DNA from: Amphiscolops sp. MND2022
Taxonomy: Eukaryota
DNA length: 64,000 nucleotides
NCBI GenBank assembly: GCA_964187785.1
Contig: OZ076409.1
Location: 29,080,001-29,144,000, forward strand
Direction of reading: 5' to 3'
Positions 13,150 to 23,444 of this stretch are shown here, piece after piece (position 1 is the stretch's first letter; every line of letters starts with the position of its first letter). The notes under the pieces were generated by a model that had not been told where the DNA came from, did no database searches, and saw only the letters and a program-made list of their open reading frames with translations. Position numbers and translations under genes: made by a program.

Positions 13150-13636
13150 TTTGATGAATCTTCCAAGCTGCTTGATAAAAATTAAATACAACAGGGAAAT
13201 ATCTTCCCATGAGAATTTCGGAGAGTTTTAGAAAATCATAGGAAAAGTTGCTGGCAACATTAAAGTACATGCAAAATGTTCAAGAATTTTCAACAAGGGC
13301 AGCGCCGCAAAAGGCACAAAACTGTTCAAGCTATTTTTGAAGGAGTATTGTAGCTCAAACAAGAACCCAAAACCCAAAGGTATGCCAAATTGCAGACTTA
13401 GTACAGCTAACTTAGACATGGAATTTTTCACACCGAAAATGTTCATGATATCTCACAGGAAGTTGAAGAGTATTATGTTTTATATGCAGTTTCGCTCGGT
13501 GAAGATTCCGATGAAGATCTTCAGCTCGAGGAACCGCGTTTTTACACTTATCAGTTTCGAAAGTTCACCACAATCGAATGGTGAAACAAACACAGATTAA
13601 TGTGCTTTTGCAATTATGATTTTTTTTCGCATTTGA

Positions 13637-14068
13637 TGTAACGACAGGCTCTCACCACTGTCGCCGTAACCATGAGAGTAAGAGGAACACATGATATGGG
13701 TATTTGCCCGGGACAGGCGCCCATGACCATGAGCTCATTTTGCCTCCTTCGGGTAAAAACTGTCCCGTCAGAGGAGGATTCCGCTTCTTGTGAAGTGCTC
13801 GCCGGCCTGATCCAGTCTGTAATTGCTATCAGTAACGCGAATTACGCTTTTTCTTCAAAACCAACGCTTAGATAGCCTTTAAAAACAGCAGGTGAGGTGG
13901 AAAAGGAAAATCGTGTTCTCTTGTAGCTACAGAGGAAATCGAAATAAGTAGCTCACGAGCTATTACCACGACAAAATACGCAATTTACTGCATAATTAGC
14001 ACTTTTGGGGCAGCAATTAGCCTGGGACACAAGCACGGATGCTTGTTCAAGCTAGTTGACTCATTTTG
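13637..14068 (-). repeat. Diverged A-family LTR (3' part), inverted, running into the gap
   Basis: TGTAACGACAGGCTCTCACC closely matches the reverse complement of the A LTR end; similarity continues to the N run. Confidence 0.9.
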
Positions 14069-14268
14069 NNNNNNNNNNNNNNNNNNNNNNNNNNNNNNNN
14101 NNNNNNNNNNNNNNNNNNNNNNNNNNNNNNNNNNNNNNNNNNNNNNNNNNNNNNNNNNNNNNNNNNNNNNNNNNNNNNNNNNNNNNNNNNNNNNNNNNNN
14201 NNNNNNNNNNNNNNNNNNNNNNNNNNNNNNNNNNNNNNNNNNNNNNNNNNNNNNNNNNNNNNNNNNNN
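14069..14268. other. Assembly gap (200 N)
   Basis: Run of N. Confidence 1.
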
Positions 14269-14752
14269 TAACTTTTCGTATTACCGGGTCTTTTCTTTGC
14301 TCTTTCTGAATGTCTACGGGCTTTGAAGGGGAGTCAATTACTTCAAAGTAGTTCAAAGGGTCATTCTGTTGAATCGAGTTGAGCTCAGGAGCTCTTTTTA
14401 TTTCACAAAGTTCAAATTTAGAATTGTGTGATGCTGAATCCAAAAGGTCATTGAGGTTTGGTATCAGCTGTTGTAGCTGAGCATTCGATTGAAGTGTTTG
14501 TATTAGTTCTTGTGATAGGACTTGATTTGTTGTGTTATAATGTGTGGTTTGTTCTTGTGCTTTTATCATCAACATCGAGGAATCCGGTGTTTTAGCTTTC
14601 ATGTCTAGCTCAATGTGTTTTTTCAGCGGTATTGAATCTAAGAGTTGAAGCTCTAAACTTTGTGTTGGGTCAGTTTGCATTCTTGATAGAAAATCTGCTG
14701 CTGCATTTGCACGACCTGGTATATGCGCTAGAACTATATTGTATGCAATTAC
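14269..14752 (-). pseudogene. Gypsy pol fragment (RNase H end and connection), related to the element C lineage
   Basis: YNIVLAHIPGRANAAADFLSRM and EQRKDPVI match C's FIIAHIPGKNNTAADYLSRM and EQCKDPIL. Confidence 0.85.
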
Positions 14753-15466
14753 TGTAACGATAAGCGCTGGCGCTTGAACCGCAACGTAGAATGGAGGAAC
14801 TAGAACAGCGAATGTAATCCGGGACTTAGATCTCCGCGGCCCTAGCTCATTTTCCCTCCGAAGGAGCCAGTCCCAAGGTGGGGGAACCGTCTTGTTGGAA
14901 ACTCTCTGGCCTGGTCCTAGTCTGTAACTGCTAAAAGTAACGGGCATCTTGCACGTCTCAAGACCACTGCTCAATTAGCCTTTAAAAAGGGGGCTGAAAA
15001 CAGGAGGATGTTGAGCCATAGTATTGGAGAATCTGATAAAATCGACATCAAAAAGGGGTAACCATAGATGTAAATGGGCAGCTCTCGAGCATATCAATCT
15101 ACTACAACAAGAAAAGCACAATAAGCATAACAATATCAGAAGTTTGAGTTATTTAGCAGGAGCGAATTGACCATGGCTTCCCAGCGCTAGCGCTCGTCAC
15201 CGCACAGGACGCCGCAGGATCTTCAGGCGAGCATCTGGAACACCGGTTTCTGTTACCTATGTAGTGCAAACGCCAAAGATGGGCACATCACCGTGTTCTA
15301 GGGACTGTTTTCTACGTCTTCTCTTTTCGTCGTCTCTCGCGGGGGCGATTTCTGATTTCTGATCTGCTTTTTTGACAGGTCTTTCGTCTGGAGCATGTTT
15401 GAGTGCCACGTCAGACTTGAACGAATTTTTGCTTCGAAAATTTTGACATGGGCAGTTGCCGTTACA
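14753..15466 (-). repeat. 3' LTR of B (714 bp)
   Basis: TGTAACG...CGTTACA; no difference from 32907-33620 seen by eye. Confidence 0.97.
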
Positions 15467-15478
15467 TCACTCCCCGGG
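15467..15478 (-). promoter_or_regulatory. PPT-like site of B
   Basis: CCCGGGGAGTGA on the minus strand abutting the LTR. Confidence 0.7.
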
Positions 15479-16237
15479 CTTCTGGCTTGTCGTCCCTGGC
15501 AAGCGGCATCTGGCCTCGTCTGGAAACGGCATCGCAGAGACTGCTGGGGATCATCATCCACACCACAGGGGACAAGGACGAGTCCTTGTTTTTCAGCAAC
15601 TATTTTTGACAAATTTCGCGGTTTTTTTCAAAGAAAACTTTACTGCCTAGTATTTTTACAAAAAGTGCAAACGAGGTTTTAGCACCAGCTCGATAGCTAA
15701 GGTTTTCAATCGGTTAAAACTCGTTTGGGCAAGCAGTTTTCGCTAAAATTTCTTTTGCGACCAAGGTCAGCTAAAATTTTCTTTTTTATGCAACTTGACA
15801 TTTACAGTCTTCGATCAATTTCGGATAACATAAAACTTCTTTTGGGAGGGCGCCGCTTCGGCTACTCCTTAGACAGTCGATAGAAAATGCTTGAGCACCA
15901 AAACACAAGGAAAAACGGCAAAAATCGTAACTAAAAGGCTAAGACTTTTTCTAGACCATGGCAACTCAAAAACACCGCGAACGGTGCGCAACAGAAATAA
16001 CAGTTTTTCTTCGGTAATAGATTCTTTTTTACTTTGTAGGCGAAGCAGCTGGGGCAGGTGCACTCTATTGACCGTACACCCAGCGCATTACTAACAGTAC
16101 AATAACTTAGTAATAACTATGAACAAAAATTTGCACCATGTAAGGGTAGCACCGGCTAAAGCGATAAGTTTGAAGGCACAGTTTCGGTAGAGTTTAGAGT
16201 CTATAGGGAGCGCGAACGCTCCCATTGGCGGCAGGGT

Positions 16238-19200
16238 TTATTGGGCTGAGCTGCGTCGAGCTCGATTCTTTATGGCATCATCGGGAGTTCCTGGATTGCT
16301 GGCATCTTCCGACGCAATTGACGCTCTACGTTGAGCAGGAACCACAGTAACTACTGTTTCCGAGTCTGACAGGTCCTCTGGGAGCGTTAAATCGGCGATT
16401 GGCTGCACCAGGATAGTGCTGGGGGTCAGTTCAGCGTCGTGTTCTCCGGTCTGGGGTTGCGATGACTGAGGACTGGCCTGTGTCGATGGTGGACTCACAG
16501 GCTCTGCCTGCAGAATATGAGTGGGCAAATCCAGAGTCACGGGCCGGTCGATGGGCTGACTTAGTGACATGGCCATTGTGGGTGCCAGCATGGTAGGCGC
16601 GAACGCCTGTTGTCTCTCGAGTTCAGCTCTACTCTCCACGGCCAAGGATATCCGTTTGGAGACCCAGCCAGGCTGACTCCAGAGCTCGCAAGCTCGCTTC
16701 CATTTGGGGAAGCTGGCAATTTCCAGCTCCAAACAATGTCCTTCCCACTCTGCGCGGGCTTCGGAGCCTAGCACAGAATTAATCTCATCGTGTTGGACGA
16801 TGGACATATCCCCTGACATTGTCATCTTGGCCTGCGGTCGCCAGGCAGCTTTTCTTGGGAACGGAATCACGCGGCTCTGCAGGTTCCTCTGGCGAGTCTG
16901 AGCTGCTCCTTCAATCCAGTTTGGGATTTGAGCCAATTCCATATACTGGATTTGTCGATTGAAGGCTTCAGGGGCGCGACCAACGGGTTTTGCTCTAGGC
17001 CATCCCAGTGGCTCCTTCCAATAGTGATTTGGGAAGGTGATGCATTTGAAGGCGTACAGGGGATCTACTGGTGGACCAGCACTAGTGCTGGCACGGATCA
17101 CCTTGCGAATGAACTCCTGCGACCAAGGGAATCTAAAGGGGACTCCATTCAGGCTGAGGGGTGCGGAGTACCAGTTGACTGGGCCGTATTCTCGTGGCAA
17201 AGGGCACGCTTTTCGTGTGCGGGCACGCAACAGACCCATCAAATTCTCTTCTAGTTGTTTCTCCGACTTCAAGGTGGTGTACCCGTGCGGCATCTCGCCA
17301 CTCAATACAGCCTGCACGATTCGCTGATAGGTCAGTGGGGGGCGTCCTTGGAGATAGGTGCAGAAGGAGACCATATGCACCTGTACTGCTCTCGCCAGTG
17401 GTTTGGTGGGATACCGGCACACACCGACCGCACCGAAGATTGGAGCCAGGACGGAAGCCATAACGGCCACGAAGTCTTCCACTTCGGCCAGAGTCAAATC
17501 GGCGATTTGCTGAGGCATGGGGAATCCCGCCGTTTCCGCAGGGAGTTGACGCTCGGAATGGTGGAGGGGTTGCGATTGATCCACGCCTACGAACAAGCCA
17601 GAGGCGAACACTAGGGTGGAGTACAACCAATGTTGGAGGGACGCACGCATGCGTTCCAGCTGGGTGACATAATCTTGCTGGTCCTTGGAATTTAGGAGGT
17701 GGCCCCATCGAGTTAGGCTGCGTAGTTGTCCCTGCGCGAGGATCAGGTAACTGTAAAAGGTGACTAGATCACTGGACACTACCAACTCGACTAGCATAGC
17801 AAGGGGACCTGCCACAAACTTCGTCGGGCCCATGGCTAGCGCGAGCGCTAACATCTCTCCTACAGTAGCTTCGCCGATGGTTTCCAACAATTTGTCGGTC
17901 TGCACATTGGTGAGCAAGTACTCAGAGGCTATTACGTCGATGTTCCAGCCTAGTCCGAGACTGGTACAAAAGGCTTCCAAGGGACAGTTAAGCTCTTGAG
18001 CTACCTCGGCCAGGGTCCTGTCCACGAATCTGGACTGATACCACTCGGCATACGTTATTCCGGCGGCATCTACTTCAGCCTTCAAGTTGGTCGCCTCTAT
18101 AGCCACGACGTACCTCATGCCCACGGGCAACTTGACGGGTTCTATTCCCGCGGCAAACCGAATTTGGGGAATGGTCCTTTCGACCGTGCGTGTGGCAGGC
18201 CAGGTTTCAATTTCCTTCACGAGCTCTGCCAGCTCTGCTCGTACGGGAATTTCTTTGTCCTTCCGCACCAACCAGTTGTATCGTCGGACGGCCTCTCGTT
18301 CACTCATGTTGGATGCCCGCATGACGCGATTCCCGTCCAAGTCGAAGGCCATTCGCCCCATACACATTCCATGATCGAACAGTATGGCGTCGTCGATAGT
18401 CAGTTGTGCATTTCCTGATCGTTCCACAGCGATCAGCACTCTCGACACGGCAGCAAAGAAGGCGGGGTATGACAATCAACCCGCAGATTTGGCGCGCAAA
18501 TAGCAAACTCGATTCGGCGCGCTTTGCATACCTCAGACAGGATGTACACAAATTGCTGCAAGCTTCGTTGCCAATACATGAATCCCGGCGGGGATGCGAA
18601 GAGCGCGAGCGCTCCCAGACGACCCCGAAGGATCCCTGCTGCACGCTCCATTGCGTCTGCAACCACGTTTACTAAGGACGCCACACTCCCAGGTCTACGG
18701 GTATCTGCCATGAGGGCATCCAGGTTGCGTAGCAGTCCTTCACAAGCCATGTGGTCGATCAGATTGGTGAAGACTACACGTCGCGGGGGCGGCTCTCTTA
18801 GGGACCCTCTCAGGTTAGGGTCGTACATGACCGCGACCATCTCCGCGACCTCAGCGAAGCGGGAGAGTGGCATTGTTAATACCAGCACATCGGGCAGAAG
18901 GTTGTCGATGGGGAGATCACTCTTGAGTGTCGAATCTACTGCCACACAATAGCGCGCACGCTGCAGAGCTGCTTTCAAGAGGGGCTTCATTGACTTGATA
19001 TTGCGAGCGTAGCGGGCGTTTGCTTCCCAGGTTTCTCCTTCGTGCAACATGTACCTAGCGGGAAATTGCTCGGTGAGGTCATGCTGCAGGCGAGCCATAT
19101 AGTTGTTGGGTGTCGCGGGCAGTTGCTCTCGAGCACGCTGTTCCCAGGCTTGCTCACTCAAGTCCGCATCACGGGCACGTAGCGACCGAGTTATCTGAGC

Positions 19201-20494
19201 CGCAATGGTGATTCTGCTCACTTCTCTCTGCTCGGCGTTAGACGGCGGTGCTCTCCTTCTAACCGCACATGTGTTCGGGTACAAACACTCTGCCGCCATC
19301 CAGATGCGTTTGCTATCGCCAGTCACCACGGTGCCGGATACATCATCGGACGGGGGAAGAAAGGCGGGAGGACTGGTCTCATCTATTGTCTCGGGCACCT
19401 CCAGGGACATGTTGGCAGAGCCTGTGCCCGAGGGCACAGGACTCGTTTCAGGATTCGCATCCACACTGCCGTAGCGGTTAATGGCCTCTTCCAGGGACAT
19501 CTGAGGCGCGCCTACGCCTAGGTGGCCGACGCGATGTGGAGGCCTCACGACCACCACACTTTTCATCTGCGACTGGTGGGGTACATCTGCTCGCTTGTCC
19601 GGAGGGGGACGACTGGTCGGACTGTCGGTCACGGAATCATGGCGTGTAGCGACGATGTTTTCCTCAGTAAGTCGCTTCCGGCCAGTTTCCTCACGGGGAT
19701 AGGTCATGGCGCTGGTGCTTGGTCCAGCCGTAGTTTCTGCTTCCATAGACACAGCTTCGGCTAGGGTGGTGGGTGGGGTGACGCAGCCCGAGGGCTGAGC
19801 TGCGGCTTGCAAGTAATGTGCCAATCCGGGAATCCTTTGCTCAACTGCACGAACGAAGTCAGAGGAGTTGGGGTAGTTGGCGACAGCCTGCAGGGCCACA
19901 ATCACCGCTTGCTCGCTGGCACTCCGTCCGATCAGATTTAGATTAGGCACTGCTGGCGGTTGGGACCCCGAGGGCTCCCGACTTGAGGCTGGTTGATTGG
20001 TAATGTTCTGCGTCGTCGTTGCCCGGGTTCCATATGGTGCCCCATAAGCAATCGAGCTAGAATGCGGTGTCGTCTGCACTGGATTTGGTGCCGCAATGGA
20101 AGGCAGCGATGGGACGTTAACGGGCATCATACGCAGTGATGTTTCTTGTTCGAATCTGGTGCCCTGGCTGGGGCCATGCACTGCGATTGATCTTTCGTCC
20201 AAGAACTGGTGAGTCAGGGTCGTGCCCATCCCAGGCATTGTTGGTGCACGTCAAGGTGCGACGATAGCTTGCCACCTCCGTGGTGATTGACAAAGATGCA
20301 TTCGGCAGCATTTGCATCGATTCAAGCTGAGTCAGTAGGGCGGCCACCCCAGCTACGGCTACTGGCGAAAGACCGTCCCGCAGCTTTGCTTCGACATATT
20401 GGGCCTGATTGACCCTCTGCGCTCGCGCAGATTCCTGGGGCCTTGCACTATTAGACCCTGTTGCAGGCGCTGAATTGTTTGGGCAATGGGCCAT
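16238..20494 (-). CDS. Third ORF of B, ~1,420 codons, SGNH-like domain; frameshifts near 20240 and 18478
   Basis: ORFs 20117-20494, 18433-20238 and 16238-18475 are consecutive pieces homologous to A ORF3. Confidence 0.85.
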
Positions 20495-20789
20495 TAATGC
20501 ATAGGTCTAAAAAGGACCACTGTTAGACTTATGGGGACAAGTTCTCTCTGGAACGAGCCGTGAGTCGGTTCGTCCTTCAATTGCAGCCAGGCAACATCGG
20601 CTCCGTAAGGGGGCCACTACAAACTTAAAATCTAACTCTAACTAACTAACGAACTAGAACAAAACCCTTGAGTGAACAACATGACAAATTAACATCTCGA
20701 GAGCATTTCAAGGCTCTTCCAAGGTTGTTACAAAAACTGTTGCAAGAACTGAGGGCAAAGGAAAAATGGGGACAACTAAAATGAAAAGG

Positions 20790-23444
20790 CTACTTCAGCC
20801 CTATAGTTAATATTGATACATATACGCGGCTATGCAAAACCACGTGAATACCAGTACCCTCGAACATGTTCGTTAGAGTATGGTACAGATTGACCAACGA
20901 GAAAGCCGGTCTCTCGGGATCCAGAATGGGTAGGTGGACCCGTGTGGATCCTTTATCTATCAGGCGCTGTATCAAGTACGTCATGCAACGCAAGTAGTCA
21001 TCTGTCAGCAGCGGTGCGCGCTGGTTAGCACGGACTATCAACAGGTGAATACTTTGGTTAGGGTTGGGGTTCACATCAGGCGGGATAGTGAGAATCTCGC
21101 CCACCTTAGGTCGTAAGGCAAATACATCTTCCATGCCGCACTCCCGCAGCACATATCGCAGGGCGGCAGAGTTGGTCTTTAGGTCAGCAGGGCATGCTAA
21201 CACTATGTCGCCCTCGGCCTGCAAGAAATCGGATTCATCGTAAGAGACGTGTTCGGCTGAATTCGGATACAGGGCTCCCGGGTAAACAATCTCTCGTCCG
21301 GGGTCATTATCTGGGGGCAGACACACGCGATGCGTACGCCCTTGGACTGCAGCCAGGTCTTGCCACACTGAGCGGGGCATCGCTCGATTGTCGCTGCCGG
21401 CCTTTACCCACGCATCTAAAGTTCCCAGGGCGGCTTTGGGGAACAAGGGGATCTCGAAGGTGTGAGTCCACTCATCTAATAGTCGAATTCTGGGATAGGT
21501 GGCGAAACATGTGATTATTAGTTCCAGCCACCACGCGAACTTCATCTTACCTCGGTACCAGTCTATGATATGGAAGCAAAGTATTAAGTCCACTGTGGTG
21601 AGGGTCCTCAGACTCTCTAGACAGGATAACAGATTCAACGGTTCCACCAGCGCCTCCACTCGTGGAGCTGTTACCAGCAGCCACCAGTGAGGAGCCGGGC
21701 TGTATACCCCTCCTGGTTCCACCTGGACTCCATACTTGTCGCATAACAAGTCGGCAGTGATGCATCGGACCATCTGCACAGGTTCTCTTTCAAAATTGAA
21801 TGGTCCAAACGCAATATTACTAGGCACGGGGGGCAACACCGTGGGCAGGGTAAACTCCAGGCCCTTTCCATCGCTAGTCCACTCCTTAAACCTAGGACAA
21901 GGGGCCTTCGCTACCCCAGGCAGTGACAACTTCTCCAGGATAGTGTCCACAGGGTGGTCTCCGGACCGCTCTACAGCTGAGTAGGTTTTCTCGGCCCGCA
22001 CCGTGAGGCGGTACACCAAGTTTTCTCTCTCTTCCGGAGGAACTCCCCGGGCTCCAATGGGAACCCTCCGGTTCTCATTCACAGCTAATAGGCAGACACA
22101 ATCTCGCAGCCCGCAGGTTCCACACTTGTAGCGCGGCTGTCGTTTACTCCTTAGTTGATACCTAAGAGCAGTTGCAGATGCTTCTGTTAGCGTCTCTGCA
22201 GTTCTGGGAGCTTCCGTTTCGGCCTGGATCGCAGTTTCAGTTTCGGCATTTCTCGGTGTTTCTTTCTTCCTCGTCCTTGCCTTCGCTCGGATCAGCCGTT
22301 TCTTCTGTGCCTTGGGTGGTCTCCCCCTCCCCCTTTTAAAAGAAGGAGCGGTCCCCGCTCCTGGCGAAGTTTCGGGAGCATGAGGCGGATCGGGTTGAAC
22401 GTTGCTGTCACTGCTGGCAGATTTGAGGGGAATCGGAGGGGCGGTCGGCCATATGGGATAGTTACTAAGAAAGTTGGTTAGCGAGGGATTCGTCAACAAG
22501 GAAGCTGAGGTTCCTGGTAGCGATGTCTCTTCTTCGGAGGATATCTGTGGAGACGGTGAGCGCACTCGCTCATGGTCAGAGAACAGTTGGGGTAGTACAC
22601 GGGCAGGGGATATCGACTGATCCAACGTAGTCGGAGGAGCCGCAGGCTCCACCATATCCTCGTCAACGGGATTAGGAGGTATTGGCAACATGGCATCGGA
22701 TAGTTCGTCGTCTGTACCCGAGGTGGAATAGTCAAATTGCTGATAATGCGGGCGGGAGCCACATGCGCGAAGTTTCGTGCGTAGTCGAGTGTCCATCCAG
22801 TGACGTCGACGTGGGGGCAAAGATGCATCGGACGCCTCTGAAAGTAGTTGTTCGGGTTTATACGACGATAAAGACTTGTCGTCATCAACTACATCGACGG
22901 AACGTTCAGGTTCGGGGTCCATAAGGACCACCACCTCACCACTGTCCGAGTGTGCGGTAGCAAGTTCAAGTGGGCCACTGTGGTGCGGTTTAAGACGCTC
23001 AAAATGAACCTTTTGACCTGTGTCTAGTACATAGACACGACCGTCCTGAAAGACTTGTACAACTTTGTGCGGGCCTCGCCAAGCACGCATCAATTTCGGG
23101 GAACCCTTTTGCGGTACGTAGCGGCAAAAAACCCAGACGAGCTCGCCTACTTGGTAAGCTCGCGCTTGTATAGCACGGTCGTACTTCAACTTTTGACGCA
23201 ATTGGGCTTGGTGCGTGTTACGCCGTACCAGGTCATGTATTTCCTGTTGGCGAGCCAATACATGATCGACATATGCCTCATGCGACTCGAATGATTTGGC
23301 TGCAAACTCGGGATATAAGAACGTGAGAGGGATGGCCTTCTCTACGCCACGGGTCAGCATGTAGGGTGAGAAGCCAGTGGTGGCGTGCCTCGTAGAGTTG
23401 TAGGCACCCATGACTTCATCAAGACATTGGTCCCAATCGCGCAT
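20790..23444 (-). CDS. Integrase C-terminus (GPY/F-like WRGPHKV) plus extension with AT-hook (KRGRGRPPK), CGTCGLRDCVC and tandem macrodomains
   Basis: Continues the integrase (MRDWDQ..YNSTRHATTGFSP) after a frameshift near 23470, where A reads through in frame. Confidence 0.88.
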   Translation of the reverse strand: MRDWDQCLDEVMGAYNSTRHATTGFSPYMLTRGVEKAIPLTFLYPEFAAKSFESHEAYVDHVLARQQEIHDLVRRNTHQAQLRQKLKYDRAIQARAYQVGELVWVFCRYVPQKGSPKLMRAWRGPHKVVQVFQDGRVYVLDTGQKVHFERLKPHHSGPLELATAHSDSGEVVVLMDPEPERSVDVVDDDKSLSSYKPEQLLSEASDASLPPRRRHWMDTRLRTKLRACGSRPHYQQFDYSTSGTDDELSDAMLPIPPNPVDEDMVEPAAPPTTLDQSISPARVLPQLFSDHERVRSPSPQISSEEETSLPGTSASLLTNPSLTNFLSNYPIWPTAPPIPLKSASSDSNVQPDPPHAPETSPGAGTAPSFKRGRGRPPKAQKKRLIRAKARTRKKETPRNAETETAIQAETEAPRTAETLTEASATALRYQLRSKRQPRYKCGTCGLRDCVCLLAVNENRRVPIGARGVPPEERENLVYRLTVRAEKTYSAVERSGDHPVDTILEKLSLPGVAKAPCPRFKEWTSDGKGLEFTLPTVLPPVPSNIAFGPFNFEREPVQMVRCITADLLCDKYGVQVEPGGVYSPAPHWWLLVTAPRVEALVEPLNLLSCLESLRTLTTVDLILCFHIIDWYRGKMKFAWWLELIITCFATYPRIRLLDEWTHTFEIPLFPKAALGTLDAWVKAGSDNRAMPRSVWQDLAAVQGRTHRVCLPPDNDPGREIVYPGALYPNSAEHVSYDESDFLQAEGDIVLACPADLKTNSAALRYVLRECGMEDVFALRPKVGEILTIPPDVNPNPNQSIHLLIVRANQRAPLLTDDYLRCMTYLIQRLIDKGSTRVHLPILDPERPAFSLVNLYHTLTNMFEGTGIHVVLHSRVYVSILTIGLK

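Noticed and set aside
13985..14974. 329-aa ORF spanning the gap
   Set aside because: Chimera of B LTR sequence, a pol fragment and N bases
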